From Acholeplasmataceae bacterium (GTDB lineage Bacteria; Bacillota_I; Bacilli_A; Acholeplasmatales; Acholeplasmataceae): a DNA stretch of 64,000 nt. Shown one piece after another: positions 19,463 through 29,299 of this stretch. The notes below the pieces were generated by a model. It saw nothing but the letters and a program-made list of their open reading frames with translations, did no database searches and had not been told where the DNA came from. Within the stretch, counting starts at the first letter, position 1. Every line of letters starts with the position of its first letter. The stretch covers positions 480,001 through 544,000 of the forward strand of contig OY763415.1 in assembly GCA_963667565.1 (NCBI GenBank). The letters run 5' to 3'. Both the position numbers and the translations under genes were made by a program.

Positions 19463-20554
19463 ATGCGTATTGAAGATGATCAAAAGCTGGATTTTAGTGA
19501 TGTGTTGATTCGTCCTAAAAGATCAACTTTAAAAAGTAGAAAAGATGTAGATTTAACAAGAAGTTATACTTTTAGACATAGTAAAAAAACATGGGAAGGT
19601 ATTCCAATTATGGCATCTAATATGGATGGTGTTGGAATGCTTGAAGTTGCACTTGCACTCCAAGAACATAATTTATTTACATGTTTAGTTAAAACTTATG
19701 GGTTAGAAGATATTGATCAATACAGTAGTAAACTTAATCCAAATAACTATTCAATCAGTACAGGAACAAATTTGAATGATTATAAAAATATTGTTGAAAT
19801 TTTAACTAAACATCCTGAAATTGAATTCATAACAATTGATGTTGCTAATGGATATTCAGAGCATTTTGGTGATTTTGTCTCAAAAGTAAGAAAAGAATTT
19901 CCAAATCACACCATTATTGCCGGAAATGTCGTTACAGCTGATATGACACAAGAACTTATTTTACGTGGTGCCGATATTGTCAAAGTTGGCATTGGACCAG
20001 GTAGTGTATGTACCACACGTATTCAAACAGGTGTTGGATATCCACAATTATCTTCAATTATAGAATGTGCTGAAGCAGCACATGGATTAGGTGCACATAT
20101 CATTGGAGATGGTGGATGTACGTGTCCTGGAGATGTTGCTAAAGCATTTGGTGCTGGCGCTGATTTCGTCATGTTAGGTGGTATGTTTGCAGGTCATGAT
20201 CAAGGTGGTGGTACCATCATCAGTGAAAAGAGAGAAACAGGATTAGTTGATTCAGAAACTAATGAAAAAATATATCATATCAAGAAATTTATGAAATTCT
20301 ATGGCATGAGTTCAGAAACAGCAATGAAGAAAAATTATGGTGAAGTTGCTGAATATAGAAGCTCAGAAGGAAAAACAGTTGTATTGCCTTATAGAGGCGA
20401 TATTAATCATACAGTATTAGACATCTTAGGTGGACTTCGCTCAACGTGTACATATGTTGGTGCAAGACGTTTAAAAGAACTTTCAAAATCAACCACATTT
20501 GTCAGAGTTGCAAGACAAGTCAATCAAGTATTTGGAGAATGGAAAAAAGATTGA
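19463..20554 (+). CDS. guaC: GMP reductase (type 1)
   Basis: [50 protein letters not shown] and FYGMSS. Confidence 0.93.
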   Translation: MRIEDDQKLDFSDVLIRPKRSTLKSRKDVDLTRSYTFRHSKKTWEGIPIMASNMDGVGMLEVALALQEHNLFTCLVKTYGLEDIDQYSSKLNPNNYSISTGTNLNDYKNIVEILTKHPEIEFITIDVANGYSEHFGDFVSKVRKEFPNHTIIAGNVVTADMTQELILRGADIVKVGIGPGSVCTTRIQTGVGYPQLSSIIECAEAAHGLGAHIIGDGGCTCPGDVAKAFGAGADFVMLGGMFAGHDQGGGTIISEKRETGLVDSETNEKIYHIKKFMKFYGMSSETAMKKNYGEVAEYRSSEGKTVVLPYRGDINHTVLDILGGLRSTCTYVGARRLKELSKSTTFVRVARQVNQVFGEWKKD

Positions 20555-20560
20555 TAAGGA

Positions 20561-21028
20561 GTGATTTTATTGAAAAAAACATTAGCAATTAAATCAACAA
20601 AAGCAATTTTTAACATCTTGGTGATGGTTGGGGTCTTTATATTGGTGGGATTATATTTTTTCTTCACCTATAAAGATAGTGAAAAAAATTTAATGATCAC
20701 AGGACTTGTGATGGCAATTATAGGATTAGGATTATTTTTATTTAACATACCATCGTTGTTTTCACCAACGAATTTAATTGAAATAGAAGATGAGTATTTA
20801 TATATACACACATTCTTTAAAAAAGAGATCAAGATTACAATCAATGACATCATAGAAGTGAAGTCAATATTAACCATAAGACGTTTTCTTAGACCACTTA
20901 ACTATGCTTATTACACATATGGTACGCTTATCATTAAAACATCACATATGACGATTCATATCCCAAATTGTGAAGATTTAAAAGAAATAGAAGTAACCAT
21001 TCTAAAAATGTTAAAAAACGGTAAATAA
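20561..21028 (+). CDS. Hypothetical membrane protein (2 TM plus a PH-like soluble domain)
   Basis: Two TM segments, then YGTLIIKT...IPNCED. Confidence 0.6.
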   Translation: MILLKKTLAIKSTKAIFNILVMVGVFILVGLYFFFTYKDSEKNLMITGLVMAIIGLGLFLFNIPSLFSPTNLIEIEDEYLYIHTFFKKEIKITINDIIEVKSILTIRRFLRPLNYAYYTYGTLIIKTSHMTIHIPNCEDLKEIEVTILKMLKNGK

Positions 21029-21104
21029 GCCATTTTAATTGAATTTGTATATATTTAAGTTCTATAATAAAGATGTAAAAATCAATTAAGGGAAGTGAAA
21101 TCAA

Positions 21105-21410
21105 ATGAATCCAAAAGGTATTATGTTACTCCATTACAGAGATAAACAACGTAAACTTAATTTTGTAACTCATGAAGGTGCACTTTTAGCCATAACACAT
21201 GGTGATTCAAACAAAGTAGCATTCATGAATGAAAATGATCAAGTTAATCTTCAATTTGGAAAAGATATTGTTAGTGCAACACCTGAAATCATCAGTAATC
21301 CAAAAGAAGTTCAAGAACTTTATGAATTTATGGAATCTGAAGATAATAATCATTATCCAAAATATCAAGATGACTTTGTAGCAGTAAAATTTCATTTAAA
21401 CAATAAATAA
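21105..21410 (+). CDS. Small protein, possibly an FMN-binding split-barrel (PNPOx-like)
   Basis: THGDSNKVAFMNENDQV resembles the T...S.K.....NP.V motif; flanked by its own promoter and terminator. Confidence 0.5.
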   Translation: MNPKGIMLLHYRDKQRKLNFVTHEGALLAITHGDSNKVAFMNENDQVNLQFGKDIVSATPEIISNPKEVQELYEFMESEDNNHYPKYQDDFVAVKFHLNNK

Positions 21411-21465
21411 AACCTCATTTGAGGTTTTTTTTATTGAACATGATATACTTGATTTAGGTGATGAT

Positions 21466-22311
21466 ATGAATCAAAAATGGATTAAATTTAAAATCAATCA
21501 AACATTTGATCAAAAAACAGTACGAATGTTTCTAGAACATTTTTTTATTGCACATAAAAAAATATATAAATTAGAAATGGACCATGCAATACTGGTCAAC
21601 AAAAAAGAAGTAAAGACTCATGAATTACTTCACCAAGGTGATGAAATAGAATTTGATTTGTCGCAATTATCAGCTGACAAAGTCATGCCATATAAAGGTG
21701 ATATAGAAGTGGTTTATGAAGATGAAGATTTTTTAGTTCTTAATAAACCAAGAGCTTGTCTTGTCTATAGTGATGGAACAGATTTAGACACATTAACAAA
21801 TCGCGTTGCTTATCATTATCATACGTTTTACCCAATTCTACCTATACATCGTATTGATTACGATACGACAGGGTTAGTTTTATTTGCAAAACATGGATTA
21901 TCACTTGCTTATGTATCGAAATTATTTGAAGAAGATCAAATAGAAAAAACATATGACTGTGTTGTTGAAAATGATTTTATTGATAAAAAAGGTGTCATTA
22001 AGACAAAAATTGCAAGGGATCGTCATGACCAAAAAATGCGCGTATCTGACTCAGGAAAAGATGCATTTACGAGTTATGAGGTTGTTGGATATTTAGAGCA
22101 ATACCCAAGGCTAAAAGTAATGATTAAGGGTGGAAGAAAACATCAAATTAGAGTTCATTTAAGAAGTATAGGACATCCAATCATCTCTGATTTGCTTTAT
22201 GGACATAAGAATTTAAAGTATCCCAATCTTATGTTACATTTCTCAAAAATTAAATTTATACACCCTAGAACCTTAGAATATGTGGAAATTGTAAAAGAAG
22301 CTGAATTTTAA
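21466..22311 (+). CDS. RluA/RluD-family pseudouridine synthase
   Basis: YEDEDFLVLNKP, HRIDYDTTG (catalytic Asp) and GRKHQIRVH. Confidence 0.92.
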   Translation: MNQKWIKFKINQTFDQKTVRMFLEHFFIAHKKIYKLEMDHAILVNKKEVKTHELLHQGDEIEFDLSQLSADKVMPYKGDIEVVYEDEDFLVLNKPRACLVYSDGTDLDTLTNRVAYHYHTFYPILPIHRIDYDTTGLVLFAKHGLSLAYVSKLFEEDQIEKTYDCVVENDFIDKKGVIKTKIARDRHDQKMRVSDSGKDAFTSYEVVGYLEQYPRLKVMIKGGRKHQIRVHLRSIGHPIISDLLYGHKNLKYPNLMLHFSKIKFIHPRTLEYVEIVKEAEF

Positions 22312-22374
22312 TGCAAATTCCTGTTAAGTCTAAGATATTAGTCCTATAATAAGAGTATATAGGAGGTATTTGAT

Positions 22375-22590
22375 ATGAAAAAAAATGTTGGAAAAGTTGA
22401 TCAAATGATTAGATATGTATTAGCAGCAGTTTTATTAGTTGTAGGTATCTTATTGTTTAATTCATTAACTTGGCTTGCAATTGTATTATTTGTTTTAGCA
22501 GCAATTTCAGTTGTTACTGGTGCAATCGGCTTCTGTGGATTATACACCCTTTTAGGCATCAATACCTGCAAAGTGGAAACTAAAGAGTAA
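22375..22590 (+). CDS. DUF2892 (YgaP-like) membrane protein
   Basis: MKKNVG..D..IR and GFCGLYTLLGINTC. Confidence 0.88.
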   Translation: MKKNVGKVDQMIRYVLAAVLLVVGILLFNSLTWLAIVLFVLAAISVVTGAIGFCGLYTLLGINTCKVETKE

Positions 22591-22623
22591 AAAAAATGAC
22601 ATTCAATTTGAATGTCTTTTTTT

Positions 22624-22815
22624 TTATAGATACATCACTCTTAAGCATTTTGTCGCATATTCATCATCATTTGCGTCTGCTTCAATAATACACATTAAAT
22701 ATTCTAATGTTTTTGTTTCATTTGATTTTGCTTCTTCATCTTGAGCATATAAAGTTTTTAATCGTTTGTCGATTGCATCCTTTAAATATGCTAATTTTTG
22801 CTCGTTTTGTTCCAT
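22624..22815 (-). CDS. Small hypothetical protein
   Basis: RBS AGGAG before MEQNEQ; directly follows the aldo/keto reductase. Confidence 0.55.
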   Translation of the reverse strand: MEQNEQKLAYLKDAIDKRLKTLYAQDEEAKSNETKTLEYLMCIIEADANDDEYATKCLRVMYL

Positions 22816-22829
22816 TATATGTCTCCTTC

Positions 22830-23744
22830 CTACCATGGACATGGATGATTTTTGATTTTATTTTGATATAAATCAATGAGTGCATGAAACATCTCATCGG
22901 TTAATTCATAATGTTCAGCATTTAAATTAATATCAAGTTGGGTTTCATTTTTTATACCTGGAATAATTGCTGTGATTTGATCAAATTTAAGAATAAAAGC
23001 AAGCGCTACATCCGTTAATTCGTTTTTTTGAGTGATATTTTTCACCTCTGATACGAGCGTTGCACGTCTTTTGATGTCTTCTTTTGACCATCTAGATCTA
23101 ATACCAGTAAACGTAGAATTTTCATTATATTTACCCGTTAACCATCCAGAATCAAGTGGGACTTTAACAAGTAATTTAACACCTTTTTCTTTTGCTAAAT
23201 CAAATAAAGGAGCAGGACTTTGAAAGAAGATGTTAAATAAAATCTCAACGACTTCAACATCTGTGTTTTCTAAGACAGCTTTTAATTCATCATAAGTGTC
23301 AATACTTACACCATAGTGCTTGATGTATCCTAGTGTTTTTAATCGATTAAGTTCAGTAAAATGATCTGTTTGTCCAAGTAATATATCAAAGGATGGGTTA
23401 TGTAATAAAACACTATCAAGATAGGATGTTTGAAGTCTAGATAAACTCATCTTTATTTGTCCTTCTAATGAAGACACATGAAAATTAGAAGTGCCATCTG
23501 CAAGATGTCCAATTTTTGTATTAATAAAGACATGTTCTCGCACATCTTTTAAAGCTTCACCTAAGAGGGTTTCACTTTTTCCATCACCATAACCTGGAGC
23601 CGTATCAAAATAATAAACACCTTTTTTCACCGCTAATTTAACAAGCTTAATTCCATCAGTATCCGACATGTCTCCCCATAAAGGATTACCTAATTGCCAA
23701 CCACCAAAACCGATTCTTTTACTTTTGTTTAAATGTTTTTGCAC
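22830..23744 (-). CDS. Aldo/keto reductase
   Basis: IGFGGWQLG, FDTAPGYG, INTKIG, SLSRLQTSYLDSVLLH and PLDSGWLTG. Confidence 0.9.
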   Translation of the reverse strand: MQKHLNKSKRIGFGGWQLGNPLWGDMSDTDGIKLVKLAVKKGVYYFDTAPGYGDGKSETLLGEALKDVREHVFINTKIGHLADGTSNFHVSSLEGQIKMSLSRLQTSYLDSVLLHNPSFDILLGQTDHFTELNRLKTLGYIKHYGVSIDTYDELKAVLENTDVEVVEILFNIFFQSPAPLFDLAKEKGVKLLVKVPLDSGWLTGKYNENSTFTGIRSRWSKEDIKRRATLVSEVKNITQKNELTDVALAFILKFDQITAIIPGIKNETQLDINLNAEHYELTDEMFHALIDLYQNKIKNHPCPW

Positions 23745-23860
23745 TTCTACACCACCACTCTTAGTTTCATTATATTCTAATTTTTGAAAGAATGCATTTA
23801 AAATGTATTTATATCATAGATATAAACATACTTGTGATAAAATATGTGTGAGGTAAACCT

Positions 23861-24571
23861 ATGAAAAAAATGATAAAAAGAACATTAAGAATCATCTCAA
23901 TCGTCATAACACTTATGATCATATCATTATGGGGATATACGTTAAATTCATCAAAACCATTAGATGATATGACTGATCAAATCAATATGTATGATCTTAC
24001 ATCAATTGCTTATGAAGACGGATTTGATCATATCAGTTATAAAGTTGATCATCCAATCAAAAATATCGTGTTTATTCCTGGGGGTAAAGTGTCTCCAGGT
24101 AGTTATGAGTATCTTGCTGTTAAACTAGCATTAGCAGGATATGATGTAACGATAGTAAAGACGTTATTTAATCTTGCAATACTAACGCCTAATTATGCAG
24201 AAAAATTTATAGTAGATGATATAGATAATGTCATGATTGGACATTCGCTTGGTGGCACAGTTGCATCCATGGTTGCTTATCAAGATGAAAACGTGACAGA
24301 TGTGATTTTTTTAGCCAGTTATACGATTAAAGATTTAACTGATAAACATGTTTTAACCATTACTGCAGAAAATGATGGAGTTCTTGATTTAGAAAAAGTC
24401 GAAGCATCTAAATCAATGCTATCTGATCAAGCTGAATTTGAAATTATTTTAGGTGGCAATCATGCTCAGTTTGGGTGGTATGGTGTTCAAAAAGGTGATG
24501 GTGTTGCTACCATAGATACACTTAATCAACAAGATCAAGTGATTCAAATGATTTTGAATTTTATAGCTTAA
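23861..24571 (+). CDS. Membrane-anchored alpha/beta hydrolase
   Basis: N-terminal TM; PGGKV, GHSLGG, ENDG and GGNHAQFG. Confidence 0.85.
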   Translation: MKKMIKRTLRIISIVITLMIISLWGYTLNSSKPLDDMTDQINMYDLTSIAYEDGFDHISYKVDHPIKNIVFIPGGKVSPGSYEYLAVKLALAGYDVTIVKTLFNLAILTPNYAEKFIVDDIDNVMIGHSLGGTVASMVAYQDENVTDVIFLASYTIKDLTDKHVLTITAENDGVLDLEKVEASKSMLSDQAEFEIILGGNHAQFGWYGVQKGDGVATIDTLNQQDQVIQMILNFIA

Positions 24572-24605
24572 ATGTAACAATCTAATACATTGTTATATTT
24601 TTATA

Positions 24606-24636
24606 TTGACTCTAACGTAACGTAATGGTTTAAGAT
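24606..24636 (+). promoter_or_regulatory. MerR-type promoter with a 19-bp spacer and internal dyad
   Basis: TTGACT-CTAACGTAACGTAATGGTT (19 bp)-TAAGAT directly upstream of a MerR gene. Confidence 0.8.
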
Positions 24637-24651
24637 AAAGATGGTGATGAT

Positions 24652-25407
24652 ATGTATTTAATTAGTGAAGTAGCAGATTTAACAGGTATTTCAATTAGAA
24701 CATTAAGATATTATGATGAAATTGGATTATTAAATCCACATCATATTAGTCAATCAGGATATCGGGTGTACAACACTGATGATCTTGATCGATTACAAGT
24801 TATTTTAATGTATAAACATCTTGGTTTTCAGTTAAGTGATATCAAAGCAATCATAAGCAAGAAAGATTATGATGTTAAAACAGCACTAAAAGCGCAACTT
24901 GTTCTTTTAGAAAACAAAAAAGAACAACTCAATCAAATCATTTCAACACTAAAAAAAACCATAAGTTATTATAAAGGAGATGAAACTATGTCTAATCAAG
25001 AGAAATTTAATGGTATAAAAAAGGAACACATCAAAAAGAATGAAGCGTTATATGGAAAAGAGATTAGAGCATCTTATGGAGATAAAGTCATCGATCAAAG
25101 CAATCAAAAGTATTTAAATATGTCAAAAGAAGATTTCGAATATGCTCAAAATTTGGGTGAAGAAATATTAGTCAAATTAAAAGAAGCACTTAAACTAAAT
25201 GATCCCAACGCATCTTTAGCTCAAGAAATTTGTGAACTTCATCAAGCATGGATAAAGTATTTTTGGACTGATTATACAAAAGAAAAACACTTAGGCTTAT
25301 GCAAAATGTATTTAATGGATGATAGATTTACTGCTTACTATGATGCAGTAGGAAAAGGTGCTACAAAACTTTTAGTTGATGCTATGCATATTTATTTAAA
25401 ACTTTAG
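24652..25407 (+). CDS. MerR-family regulator with TipAS domain (Mta/TipA-like)
   Basis: ISEVADLTGISIRTLRYYDEIGLL.P and H..WI...W...LCKMYLMDDRFTAYYD. Confidence 0.9.
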   Translation: MYLISEVADLTGISIRTLRYYDEIGLLNPHHISQSGYRVYNTDDLDRLQVILMYKHLGFQLSDIKAIISKKDYDVKTALKAQLVLLENKKEQLNQIISTLKKTISYYKGDETMSNQEKFNGIKKEHIKKNEALYGKEIRASYGDKVIDQSNQKYLNMSKEDFEYAQNLGEEILVKLKEALKLNDPNASLAQEICELHQAWIKYFWTDYTKEKHLGLCKMYLMDDRFTAYYDAVGKGATKLLVDAMHIYLKL

Positions 25408-25431
25408 AAAACTGAAAAATTTAACGCTTAA

Positions 25432-25506
25432 CTATTTCATTAGAATAGAAGTTAAAAAAATGGAAATTGTCATTAAAAACATAGTTTCGTTTTCATGTTT
25501 TTTCAT
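25432..25506 (-). CDS. Possible 24-aa hydrophobic small ORF (MKKHENETMFLMTISIFLTSILMK)
   Basis: GAGGA lies 5 nt before the ATG; hand-translated and below the ORF-track cutoff. Confidence 0.25.
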   Translation of the reverse strand: MKKHENETMFLMTISIFLTSILMK

Positions 25507-25649
25507 GCATATCCTCAATTTTCATATGGATTATTCAAATTAATTTTTTTATGATATATTCCATTTTATTAGTTAATATATAACTTATATGTAGATCTAA
25601 ATTTTACTTATTATCACACATCATTAATCTATCTATACCTGTTAATTTT

Positions 25650-25714
25650 AAAAAAAGACTCCTTAGTTTTGGATTAAGTATGATTAATATACCTTATCTT
25701 CAACTTTTGGAGTC
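25650..25714 (-). terminator. Long hairpin terminator downstream of tmRNA
   Basis: On the minus strand, GACTCC...GGAGTC followed by a T tract, with additional internal pairing. Confidence 0.55.
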
Positions 25715-25728
25715 ATTTCATTTTACAT

Positions 25729-26066
25729 TGGTGGAGATGAGGGGAATTGAACCCCTGTGCAAGACACTTCGACAAATACTTTCTACATGTTTAGTTTATT
25801 TATGATCTCATCTATCTAACTAAATAAACAAAAGTTATATAGACTATCCTAATTGATTCGTCTACTAATCTAGGCTATTAGTAAATATAACTTGCAACTT
25901 ATACCGCATTTGAACCGCAAGTGAATTCAAATTTGGTGCTATCCTTTTCTTAGGCAGCGAATTGTAAATTTGTGTTTCCGGTTATTAAAAACCTCGGCCT
26001 TTTTACTTGAGCAACCAAGACATGCTTATATGTGAATCCATGCCGTGACGAATCCAGAACATCCCC
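25729..26066 (-). ncRNA. ssrA: tmRNA; tag peptide (A)GNTNLQFAA* at 25979-25950
   Basis: 5' GGGGATGTTCTGGATTCG and 3' GGGGTTCAATTCCCCTCATCTCCACCA tRNA-Ala-like ends; resume codon GGA after TAATAACC; tag ends in FAA. Confidence 0.96.
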
Positions 26067-26076
26067 AAGCCTTTTC

Positions 26077-26105
26077 ATCATATACTATTTTATGCTTTTT
26101 GTAAA
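26077..26105 (-). promoter_or_regulatory. ssrA promoter
   Basis: TTTACA-N17-TATGAT, ending 10 nt before the mature 5' end. Confidence 0.6.
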
Positions 26106-26297
26106 GAAATTACTATAGATTTTAAACATTATGTTAATAAATTAATTTTGTCACGACTTTGTCATAGTTGGTTGCTATACTTAAATTATGAAAAAATGTA
26201 AAATAATCATTTGAAATCAACTTTAAAGTGATTAGATATTTATAATATCTGTTACCGTTTATGATATAATGCATTTGAATATACAAGGAGAGATAGC

Positions 26298-26948
26298 ATG
26301 ATAAAAACGATTATATTTGACATGGATGGGACGATTTTAAATACCCTTGATGATATCGCGAAAAGCGTCAATGTATCACTTGAATTTCATCATTTACCAC
26401 TTAAGTCACTTGATGAAGTTAGACTTGCAGTTGGTAGAGGTGCATTAAATCTGATTAAGGATGTAGTTCCTTTAAATTCTAGTCAAGCATTAATTCAATC
26501 TGTTTATGATAAGTATCAATCTTATTATGATCTACATAACAATGATTTGACAGCACCATATCCACACATCAAAGAAGTTTTAAACCAACTCAAACAAAAA
26601 GGATATCAATTAGCTGTTGTATCTAATAAACATGAATATTTAGTTGAAGCTTTAAACAAAGATGTGTTTGATTCTATTTTTGATGTTGCTATTGGGCAAA
26701 CAGAAGGTATACCTATCAAACCAGAACCAGATATGTTATTTAAAGCAATAAAATTATTAAAAACACATATTGATCAATCAATCTTCATTGGTGATTCTGA
26801 CACTGATATGCAAACTGCTAAAAATGCAGATATCAAATCAATTGGTGTCACTTGGGGATTTAGGGATAAAGAAGTACTTATACAAGAAGGGGCACAATTC
26901 ATCATTTCATCACCATTTGAAATGATCGACATTGTAGAAAGGTTGTAG
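26298..26948 (+). CDS. HAD-family phosphatase (phosphoglycolate phosphatase-like)
   Basis: FDMDGT, VVSNK, KPEP and IGDSDTD. Confidence 0.88.
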   Translation: MIKTIIFDMDGTILNTLDDIAKSVNVSLEFHHLPLKSLDEVRLAVGRGALNLIKDVVPLNSSQALIQSVYDKYQSYYDLHNNDLTAPYPHIKEVLNQLKQKGYQLAVVSNKHEYLVEALNKDVFDSIFDVAIGQTEGIPIKPEPDMLFKAIKLLKTHIDQSIFIGDSDTDMQTAKNADIKSIGVTWGFRDKEVLIQEGAQFIISSPFEMIDIVERL

Positions 26949-26949
26949 T

Positions 26950-29298
26950 ATGTCAGTTATTAAATTAGAGAATGTATCAAAATTCTATAAATCAACTGAA
27001 ACTGTATCCATTGGGATGCAAAAAGTTAATTTAGAATTTAGTATGGGGGAATTTGTTGCTGTCACTGGTGAATCGGGGTCAGGGAAATCAACATTATTAA
27101 ATGTTGTGAGTGGACTCGATTCTTATGAAGAAGGCGAATTCTATCTATTTGGTGAAGAAACTTCACATTTTATTATTTCTGATTGGGAAGCATATCGCTC
27201 AGCATATGTTGGATTTGTATTTCAAAATTATAATATCATTGACTCCTATACAGTATTACAAAATGTATTACTTGCATTAGAAGTTCAAGGATATGATCCT
27301 AAAAAGAAAAAAGCTAGAGCTTTAGAACTTATTGATGAAGTTGGATTATCATCTCATATCAATCATAAAGCATCTAAATTATCAGGTGGACAAAAACAAA
27401 GAGCAGTTATTGCTAGAGCACTTGCAAAAGATTGTCCAATTATCGTTGCTGATGAACCTACTGGTAACTTAGATTCTAAATCAGCAGAACAAGTCATGGA
27501 ATTACTTCATAACATATCTAGAAATAAACTTGTTATTGTTGTTACACATGATTTTGAAATCATTGAACCTTATGCAACCAGAAAAATTAAGATGCATGAT
27601 GGAGAAGTTGTTGAAGATAAACATTTAAAGAAAATTGATAAAGATATCGTTGCAGAAGAACCTGTTGCTAAAAAAATGAATTTTATCACATTAATGAAAT
27701 TTGCTTTTAGAAATCTTATCTCAACACCAAAGAGAACATTTTTCATTTTACTCATGCAAATGATTGTGATGCTTGCATTCACACTTATTTATGCATCAGA
27801 ACAATCTGCAATGCTTCAACAGTCAACATCAAATATTTCAACAAATATTAATGTTACTGAAACTAGACTTCTGGTTGAAAAAAGAGATGGATCTGATTTA
27901 ACACAAGCAGATTTTGATTATTTTAACTCAATTAGAGAAGTTAAAGCTGTTTATGAAAAAGGTCGTAATTTTTATAATGATATAGAACTTTTTGCTTTTA
28001 ACTTAGATAATTTACAAACCTATGCATATTATTATGGTGAAGTCTCACCTGGTGATAATGTAGATTATTATGCTAATTTTGCTGTTTCTGGTACTGATGC
28101 AGCAAGCTTATTAGACGAAAGAGATTTTGAAGGTAGAATGCCATCCACTGCGAATGAAATCATTATTGATGACCCATCAGGTGATTTTTCTATTGGTGAT
28201 CGCATTGTACTTAGTACTCAAAGTTATGCTTATGGTACGACAGAACTAGGAAATAATACACTCGAACAATTTGTAGTTACAGGTATTACAAATAAGGTTC
28301 ACGGTGATGAACTTGATAAGGGTTATGTCTTCTTTTCTGACCAATTTTTAGCAAGTGATGCAGTAGCAGATTCATATTATGATATTAACAAATATAATAT
28401 GGTAATGAATAATGCCTTATACAATACTTATTTAGGCACAACAGCTGATTTTCAAAATTATATAGAATTATATAATGTCGTAGATGATGGTACGGATACA
28501 CCAAAGTTTGAATATTTATCAGGTAATCCTATCGATTTATTTGACACTGTACCAAGCATCAATAATATGACGTTTACAACATATCTTAATGATTGGGAAA
28601 ATAATACATACCATCAGTATGTCGAAACGTATATGATTGAAAATGTTGAGACATATTATTATAACGCAACTTCCGATGCATACGATATGATTATCGTTAA
28701 CAATGCTTTTTATGAATTGTTGCGTACGAAAATCGAAGAATCTTTTGAATATGTCTATTTAATTAAAACAAGAGATTCAGCATCCATATCAGTTGCAAGT
28801 CAATCTGCAGGTAATCGAGTGATTGATCGTATTGATACGGATATTTATAGAGTCTATTATCCAGCAAATATTCCAGCTCCACTGACACTAGATATGATTT
28901 TCTTAAACTATTTCTACAATGCTATTTTAATTATCTTTGGATTGTTCTTATATAGTATTGTTCATGCAGTAAGTAAAAATACGATGAGATCTAGAAGTAA
29001 AGATTTTGCGATTTATCGTTCTATTGGGGCACAAAAAACAGTCATTGCTAGACTCGTTGTTGTTGAACAGGTGATGATTGCGTTTGGTAGTATTGTATTT
29101 ATGCTTATTGCCATTAATTCGATATCTTATTTTATAGCGTCAATAAGAACTTATTTAACAATATTAACATTCAATAATTATTTATATTTATTCATTTTAT
29201 TTATGCTTTTTGGGGCATGGTTGGGATTGCGTTTTAATAAACGTGTATTTAAACAATCTGTCATTGAAAATATCAATATTAGTAAGGAGGTAGACTAA
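26950..29298 (+). CDS. MacB/FtsX-type fused ABC ATPase-permease
   Basis: GESGSGKS, LSGGQKQR and ADEPTGNLD; large extracytoplasmic loop; FAIYRSIGA. Confidence 0.88.
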   Translation: MSVIKLENVSKFYKSTETVSIGMQKVNLEFSMGEFVAVTGESGSGKSTLLNVVSGLDSYEEGEFYLFGEETSHFIISDWEAYRSAYVGFVFQNYNIIDSYTVLQNVLLALEVQGYDPKKKKARALELIDEVGLSSHINHKASKLSGGQKQRAVIARALAKDCPIIVADEPTGNLDSKSAEQVMELLHNISRNKLVIVVTHDFEIIEPYATRKIKMHDGEVVEDKHLKKIDKDIVAEEPVAKKMNFITLMKFAFRNLISTPKRTFFILLMQMIVMLAFTLIYASEQSAMLQQSTSNISTNINVTETRLLVEKRDGSDLTQADFDYFNSIREVKAVYEKGRNFYNDIELFAFNLDNLQTYAYYYGEVSPGDNVDYYANFAVSGTDAASLLDERDFEGRMPSTANEIIIDDPSGDFSIGDRIVLSTQSYAYGTTELGNNTLEQFVVTGITNKVHGDELDKGYVFFSDQFLASDAVADSYYDINKYNMVMNNALYNTYLGTTADFQNYIELYNVVDDGTDTPKFEYLSGNPIDLFDTVPSINNMTFTTYLNDWENNTYHQYVETYMIENVETYYYNATSDAYDMIIVNNAFYELLRTKIEESFEYVYLIKTRDSASISVASQSAGNRVIDRIDTDIYRVYYPANIPAPLTLDMIFLNYFYNAILIIFGLFLYSIVHAVSKNTMRSRSKDFAIYRSIGAQKTVIARLVVVEQVMIAFGSIVFMLIAINSISYFIASIRTYLTILTFNNYLYLFILFMLFGAWLGLRFNKRVFKQSVIENINISKEVD

Positions 29299-29299
29299 G

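Noticed and set aside
25729..25770. tRNA gene
   Set aside because: This is the tRNA-like 3' domain of tmRNA; the matching 5' end and tag ORF lie upstream.
26188..26214. Leaderless mini-ORF MKKCKIII*
   Set aside because: Eight codons with no supporting feature; expected by chance in AT-rich DNA.
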